Positions 19,573 through 28,318 of a DNA stretch of 37,588 nt are shown one piece after another. The notes beneath the pieces are model-generated. The model saw nothing but the letters and a program-made list of their open reading frames with translations. It was not told where the DNA came from and did not search any database. Both the position numbers and the translations under genes were made by a program. Position 1 is the first letter of the stretch; every line of letters starts with the position of its first letter. The stretch comes from an uncultured Corynebacterium sp. (GTDB lineage: Bacteria; Actinomycetota; Actinomycetes; Mycobacteriales; Mycobacteriaceae), in assembly GCA_915275065.1 (NCBI GenBank), contig CAJZGD010000001.1, positions 1-37,588 on the forward strand, read 5' to 3'.

Positions 19573-20517
19573 ATGATTCTTTCCGCCACCGATAAAGTCG
19601 CCGCTGTTGTTGTCACCCATAACCGGGTCGAACTCTTGAGATCATCTCTGGAAGTGGTAGCGCAACAAAGCCGACCAGTGCACTGGATTATTGTGGTGGA
19701 CAACGGCGCCGACCCGGCCGTCGAAAAGCTCCTTGCTGAGATCGCCGGCGACCGGGGCATATATCTGCCCAGCAAAACCAACCTTGGTGGCGCTGGCGGA
19801 TTCGCATACGGATTCCTGGTTGCGCTCGCGCAGGGCGCCGACGCCGTATGGTGCGCCGACGACGACGGCCGGCCCGAAGGCCCCGACGTGCTCGCCACCC
19901 TCCAAGACTGCGCGGTCCGACACAACCTGGCCGAGGTGTCGCCCGTGGTCTGCAACCTCGACAACCCCGACCGCCTCGCATTCCCGCTCCGCCGCGGGCT
20001 GGAATGGCGCCGCCTCCGCAGCGAACTCACCGACCCGCGCGGCACCGAAGTCGGCGACACCGCCAACAACCTGGGCGACGACCTCCTCCCCGGCATCGCC
20101 TCCCTCTTCAACGGGGCCCTCATCTCCACGCGGGCCATGGAGGTTATTGGCATCCCCGACTATCGACTGTTCATTAGGGGTGACGAGGTGGAATACCACC
20201 GACGATTACACCGATCCGGGCTCCCCTTCGGCACCTGCCTCACCACCGCCTACCTGCACCCGGACGGGTCCGAAGAATTCCGGCCCATCCTCGGCGGGAA
20301 AATGCACACCCAATACCCGGAGAACCCCGGAAAACGATTCTTCACCTACCGAAACCGCGGCTACCTCATGAACCAGCCCGGCATGCGCCGCCTCCTACCG
20401 CAAGAATATGCCCGATTCGGCTGGTTTTTCCTGGTGCAGCAAAAAGACCCCAAAGGTTTCTGGGAATGGCTGAAACTCCACCGGTTGGGCCGCAAAGAAC
20501 GATTCTTCCGGCCATAA
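19573..20517 (+). CDS. glfT1: Galactofuranosyltransferase GlfT1 (GT2)
   Basis: AVVVTHNR, NLGGAGGFAYG, WCADDDGRP, LFIRGDEVEYHRRL and FFTYRNRGY motifs, located in the arabinogalactan locus. Confidence 0.92.
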   Translation: MILSATDKVAAVVVTHNRVELLRSSLEVVAQQSRPVHWIIVVDNGADPAVEKLLAEIAGDRGIYLPSKTNLGGAGGFAYGFLVALAQGADAVWCADDDGRPEGPDVLATLQDCAVRHNLAEVSPVVCNLDNPDRLAFPLRRGLEWRRLRSELTDPRGTEVGDTANNLGDDLLPGIASLFNGALISTRAMEVIGIPDYRLFIRGDEVEYHRRLHRSGLPFGTCLTTAYLHPDGSEEFRPILGGKMHTQYPENPGKRFFTYRNRGYLMNQPGMRRLLPQEYARFGWFFLVQQKDPKGFWEWLKLHRLGRKERFFRP

Positions 20518-20547
20518 AGCTATAAGGTGCAAATGTAAACGCCCTCG

Positions 20548-20612
20548 AACCCCGCACCACAACCCCCGCGCTGTAATGCGCACTGTAATGCGCCGGCATG
20601 GTGCGGGGTTTA
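20548..20612 (+). terminator. Inverted repeat downstream of glfT1
   Basis: AACCCCGCACCA (20548-20559) pairs with TGGTGCGGGGTT (20599-20610). The long loop contains CTGTAATGCGC twice. Confidence 0.45.
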
Positions 20613-20690
20613 TGGTTGATGATCTTGATTACGTTGCTGCGGAAACCCGGGACCCAAGCCACTTGGCCATTGGTTGAGGTAGCAGGTTAG

Positions 20691-22230
20691 ATAAGCATGG
20701 TTTCTGTTCTTAGGCCAAGTCGGCTCCTGCAGGTTTGAACTGCGGCCAGTGGGAAACCAAGCTTAGAACAAATGCTGCTATTTAAATCACCCACGGCTTC
20801 TAGCTGCACAAGTTCTAAGCATGGTCTTTAATTCTGGGGCGTGTTAGTTCTTGGGGGTTTGATGTGGTGATTTTTGAAAACCATGCTTATCAAGTGTGCT
20901 GCTTTGCGATATAGCGGATATCCCCGACCAATTCACCACAACCAGTGAGTCAGCAGACTCGATAAGCATGGTCTTTACTATTCGAGCATGTTGGTCTCAG
21001 GGAATTTGGCGTGGCGCATTTCAAAGACCATGCTTATCATATGTGCTGCACGCAGCACCCTGGGGACAGTAAGTTCGATACGCACGGTTTCTGTTCTTAG
21101 GCCATATCAGCTGAAGTGTCGTTGGCAGAAAACCATGCTTATCAAGTGTGAAGTCCACAGCCCCCTGGAGATAGCAGATTAGATAAGCATGGTTTCCGCC
21201 CTGGGGGTGCGTTAGCCCCTGGGATTTAGAGCGGCAAAGTTTAAAGACCATGCTTATCAGACATGCAGCCCCATTCATTTCGCCCAACAGCGCAAACGCT
21301 GAGCTTGACTTCAAGTTCCCTCCTACTTATCTCCAGTATGTAAGATCTTTGCTGCCCCAAACCCCAGCTCAACATCAGTGCAGCACAATCCCTAAACTGC
21401 AAAACCCTCTCCAGGCACCCCGGAAGTCCGCCCTTTTAAATGAAACCAAGCTTAGGGAAAATGCTACGGCAACCCAGGACAGCGCTGCACATGCTCTAAG
21501 CATGGTCTTTCCCGGCTAGCGTATTGACTCCAGGGGATTTGATGAGCCAGATCTCAAACACCATGCTTATCAGATATGCTGCTCATGATTATTGGCACTG
21601 CCCTAATGCTCTCGGCGGTATAGCAAGTTAGATAAGCATGGTCTTTGATTATGGTTGGATTCTTGTCTAGCGGGTTTGGACTGCTCGGTTTTAAAAACCA
21701 TGCTTATCAAGTACGAAGCCCACAGCCCCTTAGGTTACAGCAAACTAAATAAGCATGGTTTTCACCCCGATGACACGCCAGCCCCTCGGGGTTTAGGATG
21801 GCAGGTTTTGAAAACCATGCTTATCAGACATGAAACTGTATTCATCCCACCAGGTAGCACAACCCCTAAACCGTAAAACCCCCTCAAGGCACCCGGAAAA
21901 ACGATCCCTTTGAACAAAAACCAAGCTTAGGGAAAATACTACAGCAACCCAGATGGGACAGCATATGTTCTAAGCATGGTTTCCATTCCGGGAGCGTACT
22001 GGTTCCTGGGAGCTGAACCGTCACCAATAGAAGTCCAAGCTTAGAACAAGTGCGGCAGTCAGGTGTGCCGGCAGCCGGCCTCTAGCACATGTTCTAAGCA
22101 TGGTCTTTTTCTAGCAGGCACGCCAACCCCAGGGGATTCAGGCCGGAAATCCTCAAACACCATGCTTAGCATGTGTGCTACGCGCGGGCACGGTGGGAGC
22201 GCAGCGGAAGCACGGTCGCTAAGCTTGAAG
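20691..22230. repeat. Array 1 of ~75-bp inverted-repeat units (TAAGCATGGT...ACCATGCTTA)
   Basis: About 24 copies of the motif, mostly in alternating orientation. Nine pairs are offset by 64-65 bp, e.g. 20691/20756, 20815/20880, 20962/21027, 21632/21697 and 22094/22159. Confidence 0.9.
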
Positions 22231-22249
22231 TCCACCCAGTATTCGGTCC

Positions 22250-23512
22250 TCAATCAATGCTGATGGCGCGCACGCGCTGGTTTGCCAGGGCACAGACCAC
22301 CATGATGGCGTGCACTACAACAATGATGAGCAGGATGGTTCGATACGGATCAATCCCTGTTGTGGGCTGATGCCGAGCAAGCGTGTCGGCAACCACACCC
22401 CACAGGGGGACGGCCAAGGCACCCACCGCACCGACAACACTGATGAACACGGACATTGCCTGGCCGACCTTTTCGGATGGAACGGCCTGGACGAAGATTG
22501 TTTGGAATGGTGGGTTGAGCACCCCTTGGCTCGTCGCAAAGCTAAAACCGACAACGACGGTAATCAGGGCGGAATCCGTCACCGAAATGACGGCCAGGAG
22601 GAAACTCACCGCAAGATTACTGAGCGCCAGGAGCTTGAAGAACCTCATGCGCTCCGACAACCACGGGGCGGCGAGGTAGCCTATCGCATAACCAGCGGCA
22701 ACCAGGGCATTCCACACCCCATACCAGGTGGCCGAAACATGCAGCGTGGCGGTGAAAAAATAAATGGCCACCATGCTCAACGCCGACGAACTGACAGCCT
22801 CCAGGATCGCAAAGGGCAGCATCACCCGGTAGCTTTCCGAACCGACCATGGCACGGAGCCCGGCTTTCCACGTGGCCCAAAACCCCTCGGCGGGCCCGGC
22901 GGTTTGTCTGCTCATACTGTGGCGAATGGGGGCAAGAATCAGCGCCGCCACGAGCAACGCCACGGTTTCCAGCGCCATGGTGCCGGCAAACCAACCCCGA
23001 TCAGCACCGATACCGGCCAAAATTGGCCCCGCCATGGACCCCATCAAGGCGAAAAACCGCAACCAGCTGAGCAGCCGCACAAGCTCCTGGCCATCCGCCA
23101 ATCGGTGGGAAACCGAGGCGGCGGCCGGCAAATAGGCTGTGTCGCACATGGCCTCGATGACGGCAAGGGCAATGACCGCTAGAACGGCCGCCAAACCCCC
23201 GGTCGGGCAGAAGACCAGGATCGCAATAATCCCGGCGCTCGCAACCGCCCGCACCAGGCACGCCATGGTCATGGTGGCTATCGGGTCGTGACGGTCCGAC
23301 ACCACGCCCGTGAACAGCCCGGCGAGCAGCTGGGCAACCGCGATAACGGTCAGAAACCCGCTCACCCACGGCACGGAACGTTCCTCGCCAAACACCGCAA
23401 GAACGAACCACAGGCTAATGATCTTCGCCGCCAGCGATGTGGCCAGGTTGGACAGGAAGTCGCTGCAGAGGAGTCGCCACACCAGATGCTTTTTACCACC
23501 AACTATGGTCAT
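22250..23512 (-). CDS. MFS transporter (efflux type)
   Basis: About 12 hydrophobic segments and a GVVSDRHD motif-A variant. Confidence 0.85.
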   Translation of the reverse strand: MTIVGGKKHLVWRLLCSDFLSNLATSLAAKIISLWFVLAVFGEERSVPWVSGFLTVIAVAQLLAGLFTGVVSDRHDPIATMTMACLVRAVASAGIIAILVFCPTGGLAAVLAVIALAVIEAMCDTAYLPAAASVSHRLADGQELVRLLSWLRFFALMGSMAGPILAGIGADRGWFAGTMALETVALLVAALILAPIRHSMSRQTAGPAEGFWATWKAGLRAMVGSESYRVMLPFAILEAVSSSALSMVAIYFFTATLHVSATWYGVWNALVAAGYAIGYLAAPWLSERMRFFKLLALSNLAVSFLLAVISVTDSALITVVVGFSFATSQGVLNPPFQTIFVQAVPSEKVGQAMSVFISVVGAVGALAVPLWGVVADTLARHQPTTGIDPYRTILLIIVVVHAIMVVCALANQRVRAISID

Positions 23513-23752
23513 TGCCGTCCTTCATGCTGAGCTTTTCGACGCCAACCCGGCTCCCCACCCACCCTATTGCACACAATGCGACTCGTACAAAAAACCATTC
23601 CATAAATGGAGTACTCGACACTATGGAAGGAGGTGGTCTATACGACATCATGACCTAGAACATTGATACCTTGCCTAAGCAGCCAAAACGGCTGTTTAGG
23701 TTTTCTCCGGCAATAGGGCGTGACCCGACCGCGGGAAGCGTAAATAAGCGGA

Positions 23753-24265
23753 TCAGCGTTGTTTGAAAATAAACGCCCGCTGCATGACGAAGTTCGTCAC
23801 GGTGGCCACGCCTTGGGCGATGACGAAGGAAATCGTGTCCACGACGAACTTGGGCAGCTCGAAGGAGTGCAGCGGCATCGGCACCACCTTGTACAGGATG
23901 TTTTGGACGGCAAACGTGGACAGGTACAGGATAGCCACGGCCACGGTTGCCTTCGCAGAAGTTTTCGAATTGAACGTCCATTTCGCGTTCATGAAATAGG
24001 CAGATGTGGTGCCAGCAACCCACCCCACGGCCTTAGCCCACCCCCGGGGCACCCCCAACACATAGTCCAGTAGCAGGGTTGTGCCGTAGTCGATGACGGC
24101 GCACACCACGCCCACCGCGATGAACCGGACGAGCTGGGTGCGCAGCGAACCATCGGACTGCGATGATGCCGACGATGCTGGCTGCGTGGGCTGTTCGGGC
24201 GATTCGGAAGACATGGATGCTGACGTGGTAGGAGTGGTGGGAGTGCCTGGTGGGGTTGCTGTCAT
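23753..24265 (-). CDS. GtrA-family membrane protein (Rv3789-like)
   Basis: QLVRFIAVGVVCAVIDYG, NAKWTF and NFVMQRAFIF motifs. Confidence 0.9.
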   Translation of the reverse strand: MTATPPGTPTTPTTSASMSSESPEQPTQPASSASSQSDGSLRTQLVRFIAVGVVCAVIDYGTTLLLDYVLGVPRGWAKAVGWVAGTTSAYFMNAKWTFNSKTSAKATVAVAILYLSTFAVQNILYKVVPMPLHSFELPKFVVDTISFVIAQGVATVTNFVMQRAFIFKQR

Positions 24266-24276
24266 AAGCCACCAGG

Positions 24277-25359
24277 TTACAGGCGGAGCAGTTCCCGGTA
24301 AATCTCAATACGCTCCACTGGAGACGATAACCCCCCAATATCCCGCAAATGTTTCAGCGAGTTTGGGCACAGCGCGCGCACCTCGTTCGCTGTTTTGTTC
24401 CAACCGAGGGCCTGCACAATGCTTTCAATAATCGCATCGGTCACTTCCTCATCGCTCATGCAGCTGAGCCCCAGGACCACCGCCCAAAACGCGTCCTGCT
24501 GCACTGGGTCTTCCTCCACCGGCAGCACCGCGCACATCATGGCGACCTCCGGATCGATGTCGGGGGTGCGGGAAAAATCAATGGCCTGCAACAGCGGCAC
24601 AAAGTCCAAGATCCCGGAGCGCCGAATCAGATTGGCTGGCTCGGGTCGGGTGCGTCCCAGCACGGTTTCGATGGTTTCGGCGCCGGTGAGCCGGGTGTTA
24701 ATCCTTGTGAGGTCGAAGCTGTCCTGGCAGGTGGCACATAACCGCATGCGGTCGATGGCGCCGGAATTGCCGGCGGGGGCAGCGCTCGGGTTGCCGTGGG
24801 CATCAACGACACCCGCACAACCGGAAGCGCCAGGACTGCCCGGCATACCAGGGCCGCCGGGAGTGCCGGAACCACCCGGACCACCAGGACCACCACTCGG
24901 CCCGCCGGCGTCGGCGTCGTAGAAATCGTCGAAGTCGTCGCGGTCGTCGAAGTCGTCAAACAGGAGATCCGCCATGGACCCAAAACCACCTACACATAAT
25001 GCGGTGGGGGTGCCATTATCACGGGCGATAATTTCAATAAGTTGAATACGGATTTGCCATAAACCCACCACACAATGAAATTCATCACCATCGGCTTGTA
25101 AATGCTCCCATAATAAACTGTCGGGATCTAAGGTAGTACCCCCAAAGTTGCAACAATAACGGTCGAATTCTGGGTTATCGAGGTCGAAGCAAATCGTAAT
25201 GATGTTATAGAATTCCGCCACCGTTACGGCGCTATCAACACCGATATGGCGGATAATCTCGTGGTCAGTGGACACAACCTGAGCTTGGATTATCAGCGTT
25301 GACTGCGCATAGGTAGCTGCCGCAGTGCCGCTACGGCTACTACTTACTGGGGTGGACAT
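24277..25359 (-). CDS. Hypothetical protein with an N-terminal pRiA4b ORF-3-like domain and a low-complexity insert
   Basis: IIRHIGVDSAVTVAEFYNIITICF...WQIRIQLIE...ALCVGGFG resembles that family. ATG 25359 is chosen over 25638. Confidence 0.6.
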   Translation of the reverse strand: MSTPVSSSRSGTAAATYAQSTLIIQAQVVSTDHEIIRHIGVDSAVTVAEFYNIITICFDLDNPEFDRYCCNFGGTTLDPDSLLWEHLQADGDEFHCVVGLWQIRIQLIEIIARDNGTPTALCVGGFGSMADLLFDDFDDRDDFDDFYDADAGGPSGGPGGPGGSGTPGGPGMPGSPGASGCAGVVDAHGNPSAAPAGNSGAIDRMRLCATCQDSFDLTRINTRLTGAETIETVLGRTRPEPANLIRRSGILDFVPLLQAIDFSRTPDIDPEVAMMCAVLPVEEDPVQQDAFWAVVLGLSCMSDEEVTDAIIESIVQALGWNKTANEVRALCPNSLKHLRDIGGLSSPVERIEIYRELLRL

Positions 25360-25617
25360 GGTACCCACAGTAGTGGCGAAAAATGAAAATTGCCGAAACA
25401 GTCTGAGAATTACACAAAAGAAACATGTGTTATCAGTCTTGCTTACGGGGTTAAATGGGGGCAATTTTATGGCGGCTTTCCGCCAAGCTTTTCGACGCTT
25501 TTTGCCCACGGTTTCCTGCCACCAGATAGCATATACATCATGTTTGGCCTGTTTAAGAAGAATATTTCCTCCGACCATGCCGCCGCGGATCACACAAATC
25601 TGCCGCTCGACAATTTT

Positions 25618-25764
25618 ATGACAACCCTTATGGCACAAGAGCTACCATTCTTGGATTCCGCATCACGTATTCGGGTGTATGAGATTCTCAACACTTATGA
25701 TGGCCCAACCATCACTAGCCAGGAAGAATTACCCATGGAGATCCGCGAACTCATGGACCTGTAA
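25618..25764 (+). CDS. Small (48 aa) hypothetical protein
   Basis: MTTLMAQELPFLDSASRIRVYEILNTYDGPTITSQEELPMEIRELMDL has protein-like composition. It is the 3' part of ORF 25390-25764. Confidence 0.55.
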   Translation: MTTLMAQELPFLDSASRIRVYEILNTYDGPTITSQEELPMEIRELMDL

Positions 25765-25984
25765 TCCCGCTCATCCGCCCATTTATGAGTGATACGTCAC
25801 GTTCTGCTGTGTGCTACCCCTCGAAACGGGGAGGAAATCCGAAATCAGACAGCGGGCGAGGTGAGGTGATCTCGCTTTCATGCTCCCGCTTACCCGGTAG
25901 TCAAACCCAAAAAATAGGTAGGGTTGAGCGTGAGAAAAATTTGAACTTAACCCAAGAAGCATAGAGAAGGTGGGCTAGACCCGA

Positions 25985-27412
25985 ATGACGCAACGTCCAA
26001 ACCTTTCCACAACCGCACAGAAACTCACCGGTTGGGGCCGCACCGCCCCCACCACCGCCCAGGTGCTTGCCACCCCGGACGTGGAAGAGATTGCTCGTGC
26101 GGTTGCCCTGGTGGCAGAATCCAACGCCGATAAACCCGACTATCTCAAGCGGGGTGTGATCGCCCGGGGCATGGGCCGCTCCTATGGTGACCCGACCCAA
26201 AACGCTGGCGGCCTGGTCATTGACATGCAGCCGGTGAATCACATTCACTCCATCGACCCGGAGACCGCCATTGTCGACGTTGATGGTGGTGTCACTCTTG
26301 ACCAATTGATGAAGGCCGCCCTGCCGTATGGCCTGTGGGTTCCGGTGCTGCCGGGCACCCGCCAGGTGACCATTGGTGGCGCCATTGGCCCCGACATTCA
26401 CGGTAAGAACCACCACTCTGCCGGCTCCTTCGGTGACCATGTGGTGTCGATGGAATTGTTGGTTGCCGACGGCCGGATCCTGCATCTTGAGCCGGAGGGC
26501 ACCCCCGACGACCCCAAGGGCGACCTGTTCTGGGCCACCGTTGGTGGCATGGGGTTGACCGGCATCATTCTGCGGGCCCGCATCAAGATGACCAAGACCG
26601 AGACCGCCTACTTCATTGCCGACGGCGACCTCACCGCCAACCTGGATGAAACCGTGGCCTTCCACTCGGATGGTTCCGAGCACAACTACACCTATTCTTC
26701 CGCCTGGTTCGATGCGATTTCCCCGGAGCCAAAGCTGGGACGGGCCGCTATTTCCCGCGGTTCGCTCGCAACCTTGGCCCAGTTGGAGGAGTTGGCGCCA
26801 AAGCTGGCCAAGGAACCCCTGAAGTTCAATGCTCCCCAGTTGGTGACGGTGCCGGATATTTTCCCCTCCTTCACCATGAATAAGCTCAGCATGATTGCCA
26901 TTGGGGAATTGTGGTGGCTCAAGTCGGGCACCTATAAGAACAAGGTGCAAAACCTCACCCAGTTCTACCAGCCACTCGACCTCATTGGGGAGTGGAACCG
27001 TGGCTACGGTTCCAAGGGCTTCTTGCAGTACCAGTTCGTGGTGCCCACCGACGCGGTGGATCCGTTCAAGGAGATTGTGCGCGATATTCAGCGTTCCGGC
27101 CACTATTCGGCCCTGAACGTGTTCAAGCTGTTTGGCCCGGGTAACCGTGCCCCCTTGTCGTACCCGATGCCGGGCTGGAATGTGTGCGTGGACTTCCCGA
27201 TCAAGAAGGGCCTGGGTGCGTTCTTGGATGATCTGGACCGTCGGGTCATGGAGTTTGGTGGCCGGCTGTATTTGGCTAAGGAGTCCCGTACCTCCGCCGA
27301 GAACTTCCATAAGATGTATCCGGGTATGAAGGATTGGTTGAAGTTGCGGCACGAGATCGACCCCACCGGGGTGTTCGCCTCCGATATGTCCCGTCGACTG
27401 GAACTGAACTAA
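25985..27412 (+). CDS. dprE1: Decaprenylphosphoryl-beta-D-ribose oxidase
   Basis: [43 protein letters not shown] and [10 protein letters not shown] motifs. Confidence 0.96.
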   Translation: MTQRPNLSTTAQKLTGWGRTAPTTAQVLATPDVEEIARAVALVAESNADKPDYLKRGVIARGMGRSYGDPTQNAGGLVIDMQPVNHIHSIDPETAIVDVDGGVTLDQLMKAALPYGLWVPVLPGTRQVTIGGAIGPDIHGKNHHSAGSFGDHVVSMELLVADGRILHLEPEGTPDDPKGDLFWATVGGMGLTGIILRARIKMTKTETAYFIADGDLTANLDETVAFHSDGSEHNYTYSSAWFDAISPEPKLGRAAISRGSLATLAQLEELAPKLAKEPLKFNAPQLVTVPDIFPSFTMNKLSMIAIGELWWLKSGTYKNKVQNLTQFYQPLDLIGEWNRGYGSKGFLQYQFVVPTDAVDPFKEIVRDIQRSGHYSALNVFKLFGPGNRAPLSYPMPGWNVCVDFPIKKGLGAFLDDLDRRVMEFGGRLYLAKESRTSAENFHKMYPGMKDWLKLRHEIDPTGVFASDMSRRLELN

Positions 27413-27436
27413 CAAGAAAGGCATGTGAAGTAAAAA

Positions 27437-28204
27437 ATGTTGAACGCTGTGGGTCAAGCCCAAAGTATTCTATTGCTCGGCGGCACCTCGGAGATTGGCC
27501 TGGCTATTGTCACGGAGTTTCTGTCGAAGGGCCCGGCCAAGGTGGTGTTGGCTGCCCGGAAGAATTCGCCCCGGCTTGACAGCTCTGTCGCCATGGTGAA
27601 GGCCGCTGGCGCCTCCGAGGTTGAGGTCATTGATTTCGACGCCACCGATTTCGCCAACCACCCGAAGGTCATTGACAAGGCCTTTGCTGGTGGCGACATC
27701 GACATCGCTATCGTGGCTTTCGGCACCCTGGGCGACCAGGAGGCCCTGTGGCACGACCAGAAGCTGGCCGTGGAGTCGGCACAAACCAACTTCACCGGCC
27801 CGGTGTCGGTGGGTGTGCTGTTGGCGGAGAAGTTCCAAACCCAGGGCCACGGCAATATCATTGCGTTGAGTTCGGTGGCTGGCCAGCGGGTTCGCCGGTC
27901 GAATTTTGTGTATGGCGCCGCCAAGGCAGGCATGGATGGTTTCTATGTGAACCTGGGCGAGGCCCTGCGCGATGTCGGCGTGAATGTGCTGGTGGTTCGG
28001 CCGGGTCAGGTGCGCACCAAGATGTCCACCGTTGCCGGTGAGCCCGAGGCCCCGTTGACCGTGAATAAGGAAGATGTGGCCAAGGCGGTTGTTGACGCCG
28101 TGGTGTCGCATAAGGAAGCAATCTTCGTGCACCCGTTGTTCCAGCCGGTGTCGTTGGCGTTTAAGGTGATTCCGCAGAAGATTTTCCGTAAACTGCCGTT
28201 CTAA
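27437..28204 (+). CDS. dprE2: Decaprenylphosphoryl-2-keto-ribose reductase (SDR)
   Basis: LLLGGTSEIGLAI and RRSNFVYGAAKAG motifs. It follows dprE1. Confidence 0.95.
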   Translation: MLNAVGQAQSILLLGGTSEIGLAIVTEFLSKGPAKVVLAARKNSPRLDSSVAMVKAAGASEVEVIDFDATDFANHPKVIDKAFAGGDIDIAIVAFGTLGDQEALWHDQKLAVESAQTNFTGPVSVGVLLAEKFQTQGHGNIIALSSVAGQRVRRSNFVYGAAKAGMDGFYVNLGEALRDVGVNVLVVRPGQVRTKMSTVAGEPEAPLTVNKEDVAKAVVDAVVSHKEAIFVHPLFQPVSLAFKVIPQKIFRKLPF

Positions 28205-28318
28205 CCAGTTTTCACCGGTTTTAAGCCGTCTTAAAGGTTTTTCGCCCCCGTTTGAGGATATCCCTAGCGCAGCTGGGAATGTTCGAGGGGGCTTTGTCAT
28301 GAGCAATGTGAAAGACTA

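Noticed and set aside
20691..22230. CRISPR array
   Set aside because: The conserved core is only about 11 bp and alternates in orientation. Linkers are reused rather than unique, and there are no cas genes.
20988..22263. Short ORFs with recurring KTMLI / LSMVF / SKHG peptides (also 33988-34251 and 35668-36076)
   Set aside because: They are translations of the DNA repeat in several frames on both strands, with no consistent frame or RBS.
25360..25638. N-terminal extensions of ORFs 24277-25638 and 25390-25764
   Set aside because: They overlap head-to-head in AT-rich promoter-like DNA. Downstream ATGs (25359 and 25618) give more plausible proteins.
25901..27463. 520-aa minus-strand ORF, and similar long antisense ORFs over dprE2, emb, the MFS and the LysX-like gene
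   Set aside because: They are shadow ORFs of high-GC genes that are clearly identifiable on the opposite strand.
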